A DNA stretch of 64,000 nucleotides from an uncultured Planctomycetaceae bacterium (GTDB lineage: Bacteria > Planctomycetota > Phycisphaerae > Sedimentisphaerales > UBA12454). The translations under genes were made by a program, and so were the position numbers. Each line of letters starts with the position of its first letter. Position 1 is the first letter of the stretch. The DNA lies in contig CAZBLD010000007.1 in assembly GCA_964492875.1 (NCBI GenBank), positions 21,949-85,948 of the forward strand, written 5' to 3'. The notes below the pieces were generated by a model, which saw only the letters and a program-made list of their open reading frames with translations, did not search any database and was not told the DNA's origin. Positions 43,295-53,227 of this stretch are shown in pieces.

Positions 43295-45028
43295 TTGATT
43301 TATACTGAAGAGGTTTTGAAGAATTGCCTTGTTAAGCTCCTTTTCATTGGCCTGTTAGTTTCAACGGCTTTTGCCTACTCCGGCGGAAGCGGCACAGAAT
43401 CTGACCCATACCAGATTGCCGCAGTCTCCGATTGGAACGATTTAATGAATACCGTATCAGATTGGAACAAGCATTTCATTATGACTGCTGATGTAAACTT
43501 GCAGGGCGTTGCGCTGACGCCGGTCGGCATTGACTACGTGGTAGGCTTCACTGGTGTATTTGACGGCAACAGCCATATTATCCGCAATGTGTATATAAAT
43601 AACCCAACCGGTCATTTTATTGGCCTGTTTGGTACTATTATTGACGGCCAGGTCCGCAATTTAGGCGTGGAGAATGTCAATATAGTCAATGTAAATATAA
43701 GCGACTACAGTTGTGTTGGCGGCCTGGTTGGATGGAATTATGGTTATACCGGCACCATCAGCAACTGTTACGTCACAGGTTCAGTCTGCGGAGATGACAT
43801 GGCCGGCGGTTTAGCAGGGGAAAATAACGGCTTCATTACTGATTGTTTCGCCACTGGCGATGTCAACGGAATCACTGATGTAGGCGGTCTGGTAGGTGGC
43901 AACACTGGCACAATTGAAACATGTTACGCTACCGGCTCAGTCAACGGCAGCAATTATGTCGGTGGTTTGGCGGGAAGTCAGTATCAAGGCTCTGAAACCA
44001 TTATCGCAAGTTACGCTACCGGCACAGTTACAGGCAACACTTGCGTCGGCGGCCTGGTAGGATGGAATTCCTATTCCGCTATCAATGGCTGTTACTCCGT
44101 CGGCCAAGTCATTGGAGACACCGATGTCGGCGGCTTGGTGGGATATAGTTATAATGGAACTATCGACGCCTCTTTCTGGGATGTCAACACATCCGGCCAG
44201 CCGACCAGTGCCGGCGGGACGGGAAAAACCACAGTTGAAATGAAAACACTTTCGACATTTACATCAGCAGGCTGGGATTTTGTCAGTGAGACCGCCAATG
44301 GATATTTAGATACCTGGCAGATGTGTGTCGATGGGCTGTATTATCCAAAACTTTCCTGGCAATTTCCACTGGGTGATTTTGTCTGTCCGGATGGAGTCGA
44401 TTTTTATGATTTTGCTGTTTTTGCAGGCCAGTGGTTACTTGAGAAACTGTCTTATGACGTTGCTTCCGGCAAAGGCGATGGCATTGTGAACTTTCTGGAC
44501 TGGGCGGTCTTTGCGAACAACTGGCAGGGCGATATGGCCCAGTTATCGGAATTTACTTCTCAGTGGCTAAAATCGAGTGCTTATAATGCAGATATTGCCC
44601 CTGAACCTGACGGCGACGGCGTGGTCAATTTTATAGATTTTGCGCTATTTGCCGAAAACTGGCTGCAAAACTGCGGTCCGTATGTGCGTCAGCTTAATGT
44701 TCAGCCGTGCGATATGAACGACAGCCTGTTAACTCTGGATTCAAATGGTACCCGCTTCAGCATAATAGTGCAGGGCAATAACCTTTATTTTGAGGATATG
44801 ATTGAAGCGAACTGCTGCAAGGATGAAATCAGGCTGGATATGTCGGTTGAAGGCAATAAGATTAACATTTATGAGATAGAGATAACTACAAATCCCTGCT
44901 ATTGTTTGTGTGATTTCCCGACCACCGCTTTGCTGGGCCCATTTGAATCTGGCGATTATATTGTTGAAGTTTTTGATGTTGGGGGAAATTCTCTCGGAAC
45001 AGTTGAAGTTTCTATACCATCACAATAA
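43295..45028 (+). CDS. Secreted GLUG-motif repeat protein with dockerin-like repeats
   Basis: Signal peptide. About six GGLVG/GGLAG repeats of GLUG type. Three DG(I/V)VNF(L/I)D(W/F)A(V/L)FA.NW dockerin/EF-hand-like repeats. Confidence 0.7.
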   Translation: MIYTEEVLKNCLVKLLFIGLLVSTAFAYSGGSGTESDPYQIAAVSDWNDLMNTVSDWNKHFIMTADVNLQGVALTPVGIDYVVGFTGVFDGNSHIIRNVYINNPTGHFIGLFGTIIDGQVRNLGVENVNIVNVNISDYSCVGGLVGWNYGYTGTISNCYVTGSVCGDDMAGGLAGENNGFITDCFATGDVNGITDVGGLVGGNTGTIETCYATGSVNGSNYVGGLAGSQYQGSETIIASYATGTVTGNTCVGGLVGWNSYSAINGCYSVGQVIGDTDVGGLVGYSYNGTIDASFWDVNTSGQPTSAGGTGKTTVEMKTLSTFTSAGWDFVSETANGYLDTWQMCVDGLYYPKLSWQFPLGDFVCPDGVDFYDFAVFAGQWLLEKLSYDVASGKGDGIVNFLDWAVFANNWQGDMAQLSEFTSQWLKSSAYNADIAPEPDGDGVVNFIDFALFAENWLQNCGPYVRQLNVQPCDMNDSLLTLDSNGTRFSIIVQGNNLYFEDMIEANCCKDEIRLDMSVEGNKINIYEIEITTNPCYCLCDFPTTALLGPFESGDYIVEVFDVGGNSLGTVEVSIPSQ

Positions 45029-45075
45029 TAGATGTTTTTGTTGCAAAAACGCTTGATGGGGTTATATTTCATATT

Positions 45076-45543
45076 ATGATTGTCAGAAATGCTACAGTTA
45101 AAGATGTTGAAGTAATTTATGCGCTGATAAGCCGTTATGCCCAGCTTGACAAGATGCTGTTCAGGTCAAAGGCATATATATTTGACAATCTGCAGATGTT
45201 CGGTGTAGCAGAAGTTGACGGCAAAGTTGTCGGCTGCTGTGCATTGCAGGTAATCTGGTCCGACCTTGCAGAGATAAAATCCCTTGCCGTTATGGATGGG
45301 TATAAAAATATCGGGATAGGTAAGGCACTACTCGAAAATGCTATCCGGCAGGCTAAAGACCTTGGAGTTAATAAAGTTTTTGCTTTGACTCTCGAACCGG
45401 CTTTTTTCGAAAAACGGGGTTTTGTAGTTGTGGATAAAAAAACGCTTCCTATGAAGGTCTGGAGCGATTGTGCCCGCTGTCCAAAACAGGAAAACTGTGA
45501 CGAAACGGCGGTAGAGAAAGTATTTGATATTGAAAATCGATAA
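45076..45543 (+). CDS. GNAT family N-acetyltransferase (ArgA C-terminal-like)
   Basis: Acetyl-CoA binding block IKSLAVMDGYKNIGIGKALLENAI and a C-terminal KVWSDCARCPKQENCDE tail. Confidence 0.75.
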   Translation: MIVRNATVKDVEVIYALISRYAQLDKMLFRSKAYIFDNLQMFGVAEVDGKVVGCCALQVIWSDLAEIKSLAVMDGYKNIGIGKALLENAIRQAKDLGVNKVFALTLEPAFFEKRGFVVVDKKTLPMKVWSDCARCPKQENCDETAVEKVFDIENR

Positions 45544-45625
45544 TCGAAATTAGACCGCAATCGAGAATTTGCCGACCTTAATTTTCGACTTTCGACTCTC
45601 GATTGCTCTGTTGGCCTACGGCCAA

Positions 45626-46594
45626 CTACCCGACTTGTCTTCTTTCAAAGAGGGCTATTGCAATCAGGATAAAGGCGGTAGTGTAAATCAACCCATAAAT
45701 GCCGCAGGAGGCTATGTAGCTGGCTGTTATTCTACTGCTCTGCTCGTAAATGGCATCGCTAATCCAGAATACCTGAAGGCTGGGGATTATTATTTTGCCT
45801 ATTTTCGCCCACAGGTGGCTTTCGGCAAATCTTCCAAACACATAATCGCTTATAAGGCCGAGGAGAAACAGGCCTATACAACAGCTGAGGGTTACAAGGA
45901 CATTGAAGCGTGCCGAGAACATCAGGGCCGCTGCTGTTAAAATAAAAAGTGCAATCAGGAGTAATATTGAGCCAGATATGTCAAATAAATAAATCCCGTT
46001 TCCAGCAGGATTGAATTTCCAGTTCCTGTCGATAAAGGAAAGAAACACGACAGTCCCAGTCGCAAAAATCGAAATCAAGACTATTGCCGTTGAGGTGAAT
46101 TTCCAGTCATAAGAGTAGTTTAGGAAAGCGGTTATAGCAAGTGGAAGACATATAGTGATAGCAGCCGATATAATAACAGTCATATCATGAGTGTCAGAGG
46201 CTGTCGATAATACACCGTGGCGTATTGTCATCAGCATAGCGATAGTGAAGATGTAATGAGCCAGGATAACGGCGGCGATTACACCTATGAATTTTCCGAG
46301 GATAAAAACGTATCGTGGAATTGGTTTGGAAAGGGTGGTCAGGATAGTTTTTGTTTCAATTTCCTCTGTGATTGCCGCAGCAGCGGAAAAAGTTGCTATG
46401 AACAAACCGGCAATAAAAAGCGTAGATAACCCTAATTCTCTCAAGAGTTTGTTGTCATCTTCCATTGTGTACATCGTCAATGACGGACTGATAAAGAACA
46501 GAAGCACAGCGGCGACAACAATAACCGCATAAACCGGCTGTCGAATTGTCTCAGTGAAAGTGTTTTTCGCTATTGAAAACAGTTTATAGAACAT
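45626..46594 (-). CDS. ABC-2-type transporter permease-like membrane protein
   Basis: Six or more TM segments with an N-terminal FTETIRQPVY...EEIETKTILTTLSKPI block. ATG 46594 is preferred because the track start at 46624 lies in repeat DNA. No ATPase partner is adjacent. Confidence 0.6.
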   Translation of the reverse strand: MFYKLFSIAKNTFTETIRQPVYAVIVVAAVLLFFISPSLTMYTMEDDNKLLRELGLSTLFIAGLFIATFSAAAAITEEIETKTILTTLSKPIPRYVFILGKFIGVIAAVILAHYIFTIAMLMTIRHGVLSTASDTHDMTVIISAAITICLPLAITAFLNYSYDWKFTSTAIVLISIFATGTVVFLSFIDRNWKFNPAGNGIYLFDISGSILLLIALFILTAAALMFSARFNVLVTLSCCIGLFLLGLISDYVFGRFAESHLWAKIGKIIIPSLQVFWISDAIYEQSSRITASYIASCGIYGLIYTTAFILIAIALFERRQVG

Positions 46595-46606
46595 TTTTCT
46601 ATACCA

Positions 46607-46672
46607 TAGCCACGAAGGCACCAAGGCACGAAGAAAAAGATGAATTATTTTAAATCTTTGTGTCTTTGTGGC
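46607..46672. repeat. Inverted pair of the GTGCCTTCGTGGCTA-type element ends
   Basis: GCCACGAAGGCAC (within 46607-46633) can pair with GTGTCTTTGTGGC (46660-46672), giving 13 bp including two G-T wobbles. Divergent intergenic region. Confidence 0.65.
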
Positions 46673-46820
46673 AGAAAGTTTGCCGATTATATTAACTTCT
46701 TTTATACTTGTAGTAAAGCAACTTTCTTGTATACTTTGGGTGCGGGCGGAGGTTCATAATGCAAAAGCCTGTTAAGGTTTCTATGAGACAACATAAATAA
46801 GGAATATCAGGAAACAATAA

Positions 46821-48863
46821 ATGCAGACAGAGGTGAAAAAGGCGGGGATTGTAAGCCTTTCGGCACTTGTTTTAAGCGCAATATTTTTTCTCGGCAGTTT
46901 GATTTTAAGCAAGGTAACGGGGGTTTTTGCCGTATATGCGCTTAGCTGGCAGATACTCGCCGCGGCAGTAATCTGGGCTGTTCTTGCAATACAGTTCTAT
47001 CAAATGGCGCTGGCCCAGCAGGAAAAACTCGATATGGCTGTACTTGGGCGCAGCAGCGGCGATACGATATTTGAGGCGCAAAAAAGCCATAGCGAGCTTT
47101 TTGCGGTCGCCCAGAACAGATTAAGAATCTTTGAAAAGTGGATTCTGCCTGTTTTTTCCGTATCTTTGGCCGCATACGAGATGACGATGGGTGCGGTGTT
47201 TATAAGGTATCTTCTGCGGCGTCAGGAGGCTGGTGAGCCGGGCCATTTGCTTGTTGGTGCGGTGCTAACCGTCTCTATTGCTTTTTTAAGTTTTCTGTTT
47301 TCTCTATTTGCCACGGGGATGTCGAGCCAGCAGCAGTGGCGGCCATTGCGAGCGGGGGGAAGTTATTTACTTGCCACGGCGATTTTGTCGTTTGCCGCTG
47401 CTTCAGGGATGGCTTTTGCTCAATTTAAGATGCTGGTGCTTATAGCGGTTCTCGATTGGGTTGTGCCGATAGTGATTCTTGTTCTCGGACTCGAAACCGC
47501 TCTTAATTTTGTGCTTGATATATACCGGCCGAGATTAAAGGGACAGTACAGCAGCAGTGCTTTTGACAGCAGGCTGCTGGCGATAATAGCATCGCCCGGA
47601 GATATTTTACGGACTGCCGCAAGCGCCATCGACTATCAGTTCGGCTTTAAGGTATCGCAGACGTGGTTTTACAGGATAATGGAGCAGGCGGTAGTGCCGT
47701 TGATAATTGCCTCGGCGGTAATACTTTATCTTTTGAGCTGTATTGTAATTGTCGGGCCAGGGTCGGAAGCGATAATTGAGCATTTCGGCTCAGCGTTTGA
47801 TTCGCAGGGCGATGTGCGGCTCATCGGACCGGGACTTACATTCAAGCTGCCTTGGCCTTTCGAGACGGCAAGAAAATTTCCAACAAAGGAAATTCAGGAG
47901 ATACATATAGGTTATGTGCCCGAAGATGACCCTGATAAACAAAAGGCCGCTCTGCTGTGGGGTAAAGAACATTACAAAGCGGAGTATAATCTTCTGGTTG
48001 CCACTGAAAGTATCAGCTCACAGGAAAAAGGCGCGGTGCCTGTAAGCATTATAAGAGCGGCTATTCCCGTTCAGTATCGTGTGGTGGATTTATACAAATA
48101 TCTTTACGGACACGGCGACAGCCGCAAGGTTCTTGAGGCTTTATGTTATCGCGAGGTAATAAAATTTGCCGCAGGAGCCAGAATTGAGCCTGAATCTGAG
48201 AGCGGAGGCGGCCAGGAAAGTCTGCTGGGGGCAGGCAGGGCAAAGGCTGCCGCAGAACTTGTAGAGATAATCCAGAAGCAGGCCGACCAGATGGGCCTTG
48301 GAGTCGAGATAGTCTTTATGGGTCTGCAGGGTTTTCATCCTCCACCCGGTGTCTCGCCGGATTTTCAGGCTGTTACAGGCGCCGTGCAGAAAAAACAGGC
48401 TGTTGTCCTTGAAGCCATCGCCCAGCGGGATAAACTTTTTACTACCAATGTTGGTTCGGTCAAACAGGCCGAGACTCTTTACGAACTTGCGGAAAAGTAT
48501 ATGCAGACAGAGCAGTCCGGTAGGCAGAAGCAACCGGACAAAATCAAGATAGAGCTTGATAGTGCCTTTTCACAAGCCAGTGGCGAATTGTTTGCCAAGC
48601 TTCGCCAGGCACAGAGTTACGCCTATGAGAAAGCCACGCTTGCCAAAGCGACCGGCAAAAGGTTTGGCCAACAGCTTGAGGCTTATCGAGCTTCAAAGCA
48701 GATTTATAGACATGAATTGAAAATGGATATGCTGGAGGAGGCCCTTGAAAAAATCAGAAAATATATCGTTGTGGCCGAAGGTGATAAGCAGGTAACGATA
48801 ATAGACCTTCAGGAAAAACTTGTGCCGAGCCTGTATGATATTGAGCCGGTAAAAGAACGATAA
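46821..48863 (+). CDS. Polytopic membrane protein with C-terminal SPFH/band-7 domain
   Basis: N-terminal multi-TM region, then an SPFH-like block (IIEHFGSAF...LIGPGLTFKLPWPFETARKF) and a coiled-coil tail. Confidence 0.7.
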   Translation: MQTEVKKAGIVSLSALVLSAIFFLGSLILSKVTGVFAVYALSWQILAAAVIWAVLAIQFYQMALAQQEKLDMAVLGRSSGDTIFEAQKSHSELFAVAQNRLRIFEKWILPVFSVSLAAYEMTMGAVFIRYLLRRQEAGEPGHLLVGAVLTVSIAFLSFLFSLFATGMSSQQQWRPLRAGGSYLLATAILSFAAASGMAFAQFKMLVLIAVLDWVVPIVILVLGLETALNFVLDIYRPRLKGQYSSSAFDSRLLAIIASPGDILRTAASAIDYQFGFKVSQTWFYRIMEQAVVPLIIASAVILYLLSCIVIVGPGSEAIIEHFGSAFDSQGDVRLIGPGLTFKLPWPFETARKFPTKEIQEIHIGYVPEDDPDKQKAALLWGKEHYKAEYNLLVATESISSQEKGAVPVSIIRAAIPVQYRVVDLYKYLYGHGDSRKVLEALCYREVIKFAAGARIEPESESGGGQESLLGAGRAKAAAELVEIIQKQADQMGLGVEIVFMGLQGFHPPPGVSPDFQAVTGAVQKKQAVVLEAIAQRDKLFTTNVGSVKQAETLYELAEKYMQTEQSGRQKQPDKIKIELDSAFSQASGELFAKLRQAQSYAYEKATLAKATGKRFGQQLEAYRASKQIYRHELKMDMLEEALEKIRKYIVVAEGDKQVTIIDLQEKLVPSLYDIEPVKER

Positions 48864-48895
48864 GAAATAGAATATAAAATTAAGGATAGAGCGAA

Positions 48896-49786
48896 ATGAA
48901 AAATATTGCGGTAGTGGTTCTTGTTGTTTTGATTGTTGCCGTTATGCTGCTTTATCTTGTATCGTTTCAGGTTCGCCAGACGGAATCAGCACTGGTTTTG
49001 ACGTTTGGTGAGCCAACGAAACAGATTACAGAACCGGGCTGGAACTGGAAATGGCCCGCGCCGGTTCAGACGCTGGTAAAATACGATTCAAGGCCGACAA
49101 TCTTTGAAGGCGTGGAGGAAGAGACGACAACAAAAGGCGGCGAGCCGATAATTGTGCAGAGTTATCTTATCTGGCGAATAGCTGAACCTAAGAAGTTTCG
49201 TGAAGCCGTAAGGGATGCCGAGGGAGCCGAGAAACTTCTCAGAAGCCGGCTTCGAGACGCTCAGAATAAAGTGGTAGGCAGACACTATTTCAGTGAGTTT
49301 GTAAATACCGACCGTTCACAGATAAAGTTCGGCGAGATTGAAGATGAAATGGTTTCGGTTATTGGCGAGCCTGTAAAAGAAGCCTACGGCATAAAGGTTG
49401 AATCTGTCGGTATAAAGATGCTCAAGGTAAGCGAGAAGGTTACCGAGGATGTCTTTGCGAGGATGAGGGCCGACAGGAAGCGCAAAACCGAGGCAATTTT
49501 AGCGCAGGGAAATGCTGAGGCGATGCGAATTAAGAGCGATGCAGACTCGAAGATTACCGAACTTCTGGCAGCAGCGGAAGCGAGGGCGAAGGCGATACGC
49601 GGCAGCGGCGATGCCGAAGCCGCGCAGTATTACAAGATGCTCGATGCTGACCCGGAATTTGCAATGTTCCTTCGTGAGATTGAAACTCTGAAAAAGACGT
49701 TAAAGGAACGTACAACGGTAGTTCTGCCTGCCGATGCGGAGCCGTTTAAGCTTCTTAAGCAGATGCCGCAGATTGAGCCTAAATAA
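48896..49786 (+). CDS. hflC: HflC-like SPFH/band-7 protein
   Basis: Single N-terminal TM. ALVLTFGEPTKQITEPGWNWKWP, then an Ala/Glu-rich coiled coil. Confidence 0.7.
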   Translation: MKNIAVVVLVVLIVAVMLLYLVSFQVRQTESALVLTFGEPTKQITEPGWNWKWPAPVQTLVKYDSRPTIFEGVEEETTTKGGEPIIVQSYLIWRIAEPKKFREAVRDAEGAEKLLRSRLRDAQNKVVGRHYFSEFVNTDRSQIKFGEIEDEMVSVIGEPVKEAYGIKVESVGIKMLKVSEKVTEDVFARMRADRKRKTEAILAQGNAEAMRIKSDADSKITELLAAAEARAKAIRGSGDAEAAQYYKMLDADPEFAMFLREIETLKKTLKERTTVVLPADAEPFKLLKQMPQIEPK

Positions 49787-49801
49787 TAACCGGGAATAAT
49801 T

Positions 49802-51034
49802 ATGAGTGCGATTCAAAATGACGATAAAACAGATTTGCAGGCTGATATTCCAGCCGGCGAACTCGATGCGGGCAGTAAAAGCCTTGCTGATGCTCTGCGA
49901 ATCAGCTTTTTTGTTTTGAAGATTGTAATGGCTGTGCTTGTGATACTGTTTTTCAGCTCAGGTGTTTTTACGGTTGGGCCTGACGAGCGGGCGATGGTTT
50001 TAAGATTCGGTCGAATACGCGGTGATACCGGCGAGAGAAGGATACTTGGCCCTGGTCTGCACTGGGCAGTGCCTTATCCGATAGAAGAAGTGATAAAGTT
50101 TCCCGGCAAAAATACCGTCCAGCGGGTCTCTGTGGATGCCTTCTGGTACGATGAGACGAAAAAAAGTGCTTCGCCGTCGCTCGACCCTGTGATGGATGGC
50201 TATTGTATTACGCGAAATGATACCGTTGCAGATTTGAAAGGAGGCAGCGATTACAACATCGTACATTCAAAATGGCTTCTGACCTACAAGATTTCCGACT
50301 GTGAGCTGTTTTTCAAAAATGTTTATGTAAAACCCGCCCCGGCCGGTCAGAATTATATTGATGTGATATCACAGAGTGTTGAACCTTTTTTAAAAGCTCT
50401 TGCCTGTGATGCGATTGTTGCCACGATGGTTCAGTTCAGCATTGACGAGGCGATAAAGAGTGATGTCCGGATAAGCCGACAGGCCCAGAAACTTCTGCAG
50501 GAAAAACTTGATGAAATAGAAGGCGGCATAGAAATTGATTCGATGCAGATTACGCAGATTACCTGGCCGCGGCAGGTGGAAGATGCCTTCGTTGCCTCGA
50601 TAAAGGCGAGCAATGAGGCCGACAAGCACATCCGCGAAGCAAAAGGCTATGCCGAGAGCAAAATCAATGAGGCCGGCGGCATCGAAATAATCAATGCACT
50701 AACCGAGCCGAATATAACAGAACAGCAGATGGAGAATTTGCTGGTAAATGCTTCAGGACAGGTTCGCCAGACAATATCGCAGGCGCGAGCTTATCGAACA
50801 AAGGTGGTTGAATCCGCAAAGGCAAGCGCCGATTATCTTGCAAAACTTCTGCCTGAATACCGTAAAAGGCCAAAGCTTGTGCTTGAAAGGATTTATCAGG
50901 AGGCAATGGAAGATATTCTGAGCCATACTCAGGAGACTATAATTGCCCAGCCCGGTTCAGGCGTAAAAAGCACGGAGTTCAGAGTTATGGTAAACAGAGA
51001 CCCGATGCTCGAAAAGGAAAAAAGTAAAAAATAA
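49802..51034 (+). CDS. hflK: HflK-like SPFH/band-7 protein
   Basis: TM followed by ERAMVLRFGRIRG...ILGPGLHWAVPYPIEEV. Confidence 0.7.
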   Translation: MSAIQNDDKTDLQADIPAGELDAGSKSLADALRISFFVLKIVMAVLVILFFSSGVFTVGPDERAMVLRFGRIRGDTGERRILGPGLHWAVPYPIEEVIKFPGKNTVQRVSVDAFWYDETKKSASPSLDPVMDGYCITRNDTVADLKGGSDYNIVHSKWLLTYKISDCELFFKNVYVKPAPAGQNYIDVISQSVEPFLKALACDAIVATMVQFSIDEAIKSDVRISRQAQKLLQEKLDEIEGGIEIDSMQITQITWPRQVEDAFVASIKASNEADKHIREAKGYAESKINEAGGIEIINALTEPNITEQQMENLLVNASGQVRQTISQARAYRTKVVESAKASADYLAKLLPEYRKRPKLVLERIYQEAMEDILSHTQETIIAQPGSGVKSTEFRVMVNRDPMLEKEKSKK

Positions 51035-51093
51035 AAAGTAAAAAAGCATCCGCCGAAGGCGGGTTCAATAATTTTTAATTTTTAATTTCCTAT

Positions 51094-53031
51094 ATGGCAC
51101 ATAGAGCATTGCAGTTGACGGCACATGAGGTCGATGTTGAAAAAACACATCGAAAGCAGGTAACGGTCAGTCTGGCGCTGGTAGGCACGCTTCTTGGCGG
51201 GACGCTTCTTTTAAATAGTTTGCTTTCGCCGATTTTTTACGGCAGGACAGCGGAAGTCGGACAGATACTTGCTATGCTTGCAGCGATACTGCTGGGAGCG
51301 CCGGTTGTTATCCATTCGATAAAATCCGTCATAAAAAACCAGATGCATATGGATGAGCTGGTGGCACTGGCCATAATCGCCGCCTTTGCTACCGGCAATT
51401 ATGTTGCGGCCAGCATTGTAGCGTTTTTCCTGCTGCTCAGCGAACTTGTTGAAACAAGGACCGCACTGGGTGCAAGGGCTGCTATTGAGACGCTGATAAA
51501 ACTTACTCCAACAAAGGCTTGTCTTGTTGAGCGCAGCGGTGAGGAAAAGGAGATTGATGTCGGCCGCTTAAACAGGGGCGATATAATTCGTGTAAGACCC
51601 GGTGATAACATTGCAGCCGACGGCGAAGTCGTAACTGGTTTGAGTTCTGTAAACGAAGCGACAATAACGGGTGAGTCTCTTCCTGTGGACAAGATGCCTG
51701 GAACGCGGGTTTTTGCCGGTACCAGTAACCTTACCGGCGCTCTCGATATCAGGGTAACCCGCGTCGGAGAGGATACGACGCTGGGTAAAGTGCAGGCCCT
51801 TATCCTGCAGGCTGAACAAACCAAAATACCAATAATGCGGATTATCGACAGGTATGTGAAGTGGTACATACCGACAATATTGATGATATCTGCGATAATA
51901 TGGTTTTTTACGCGGGACATAAATCGTGCGATAGGTGCGATTGTTGTTTCCTGCCCCTGTGCGCTGATACTTGCTACGCCAACGGCAATGGTAGCGGCAT
52001 TGTCGGCTTCTGCGAGACTCGGTATTCTGATAAAGAAGGTTGCCGACCTTGAACTTGCCGGCAGGATAACTGCAATGGTCTTTGACAAGACCGGCACTCT
52101 TACCACCGGCCAGCTTTATGTGACTAAACTAACGCCTGCCAAAGATACTGAACCGGCAGAGCTTTTGAAACTTGCGGCCTCAGCAGAACAGATGAGTAAG
52201 CACCCGGCCGCACGAGCTCTGCAAATGGTTGCAAAAGAAGCAAAACTGACACTTTCGAATGCAGATAATTTTGCTGAGACGCCGGGGAAAGGCGTTTCTG
52301 CTAAAGTTAATGGTATAAAAGTTCTGGTAGGCAGAGATACATTTTTGCACGAGCAGAATATCGATACATCTGTTGTGCCTGACCCCGCACTGCACGAGGA
52401 GCAGGGTTTCAGCACTCTGTACGTTGCTTCCGGCACGAAATGTATCGGCTGGATAGGTTTACAGGACAAAACCCGGCCGGAAGCCAGACAGGCAGTTGAC
52501 CAGTTGCTTGATGCGGGCATAAAGCGTTTGACTATGCTCACCGGCGACAGGGAAGAAGTTGCCCACAGAGTTGCGGCGGAGCTCGGCTGTACGGATGTGA
52601 AAGCCAAATGTTTTCCGCAGGATAAACTTGCGATAGTGGAACGAATGAAAAAAGACGGCCATATTGTGGCAGTGATTGGCGACGGCATTAATGATGCGCC
52701 TGCCCTTGCAAGCGGCGACCTCGGAATAGCGATGGGAGCGGCAGGCAGCGATGTGGCCATAAATTCTGCATCTATAGCGCTGATGAGCAATGATTTGAAA
52801 AGACTGCCGTTTTTGGTCAGGCTGTCGCGAAAAACAAGGGCTGTAATCAATCAAAACCTTCTTTTCGGCATTCTTTTTATAATTCTCGGCGTCTCAGCAT
52901 CGGCTGCGGGCTGGCTGCCGTTGATTTACGCTGCCGTGCTGCACTTTACCGGTTCGCTTGTCGTGGTTTTCAACAGTGCAAGATTAGTGCGTTTCGGCGA
53001 GGAGCTTGAGCCGCACGGCGAAACAGAATAG
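51094..53031 (+). CDS. Heavy-metal-translocating P1B-type ATPase
   Basis: TGES, CPC motif (VSCPCALILATP), DKTGTLT, SKHPAARAL, GDGINDAPAL. No N-terminal CxxC metal-binding domain is visible. Confidence 0.9.
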   Translation: MAHRALQLTAHEVDVEKTHRKQVTVSLALVGTLLGGTLLLNSLLSPIFYGRTAEVGQILAMLAAILLGAPVVIHSIKSVIKNQMHMDELVALAIIAAFATGNYVAASIVAFFLLLSELVETRTALGARAAIETLIKLTPTKACLVERSGEEKEIDVGRLNRGDIIRVRPGDNIAADGEVVTGLSSVNEATITGESLPVDKMPGTRVFAGTSNLTGALDIRVTRVGEDTTLGKVQALILQAEQTKIPIMRIIDRYVKWYIPTILMISAIIWFFTRDINRAIGAIVVSCPCALILATPTAMVAALSASARLGILIKKVADLELAGRITAMVFDKTGTLTTGQLYVTKLTPAKDTEPAELLKLAASAEQMSKHPAARALQMVAKEAKLTLSNADNFAETPGKGVSAKVNGIKVLVGRDTFLHEQNIDTSVVPDPALHEEQGFSTLYVASGTKCIGWIGLQDKTRPEARQAVDQLLDAGIKRLTMLTGDREEVAHRVAAELGCTDVKAKCFPQDKLAIVERMKKDGHIVAVIGDGINDAPALASGDLGIAMGAAGSDVAINSASIALMSNDLKRLPFLVRLSRKTRAVINQNLLFGILFIILGVSASAAGWLPLIYAAVLHFTGSLVVVFNSARLVRFGEELEPHGETE

Positions 53032-53038
53032 ATGAGCA

Positions 53039-53115
53039 CCCCGATGAGATAACTAAAGTATCTCACGGGGTAAAGATGAGCCCCGATGAGATAGCCTAAG
53101 AGACATCTGGCGGGG
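53039..53115. repeat. Two tandem CCCCGATGAGAT...GGGG hairpin-family elements
   Basis: Hairpins at 53039-53070 and 53081-53115, each preceded by GATGAGC and followed by GTAAA. They lie in a convergent intergenic region. Confidence 0.7.
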
Positions 53116-53227
53116 TAAACAGGGGATAAAAGGGATTTAGGAACATTGCTAATTAGTCCAGAATTTCTCTGCCCCCTTTAATTCCTCTAATTCCTCTAAG
53201 TGTAAGAACACCGGTTATTGCAGCAGT

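Noticed and set aside
45569-45940. 123-aa plus-strand ORF after the GNAT gene
   Set aside because: It overlaps the 3' part of the well-supported minus-strand permease gene, and its start lies in repeat-like TTTCGACTTTCGACTCTCGATT sequence.
51046-51075. Terminator after the hflK-like gene (ATCCGCC-GAA-GGCGGGT)
   Set aside because: The stem is only 5-7 bp with a 3-nt loop and a weak interrupted T-run. That is too marginal to list as a feature.
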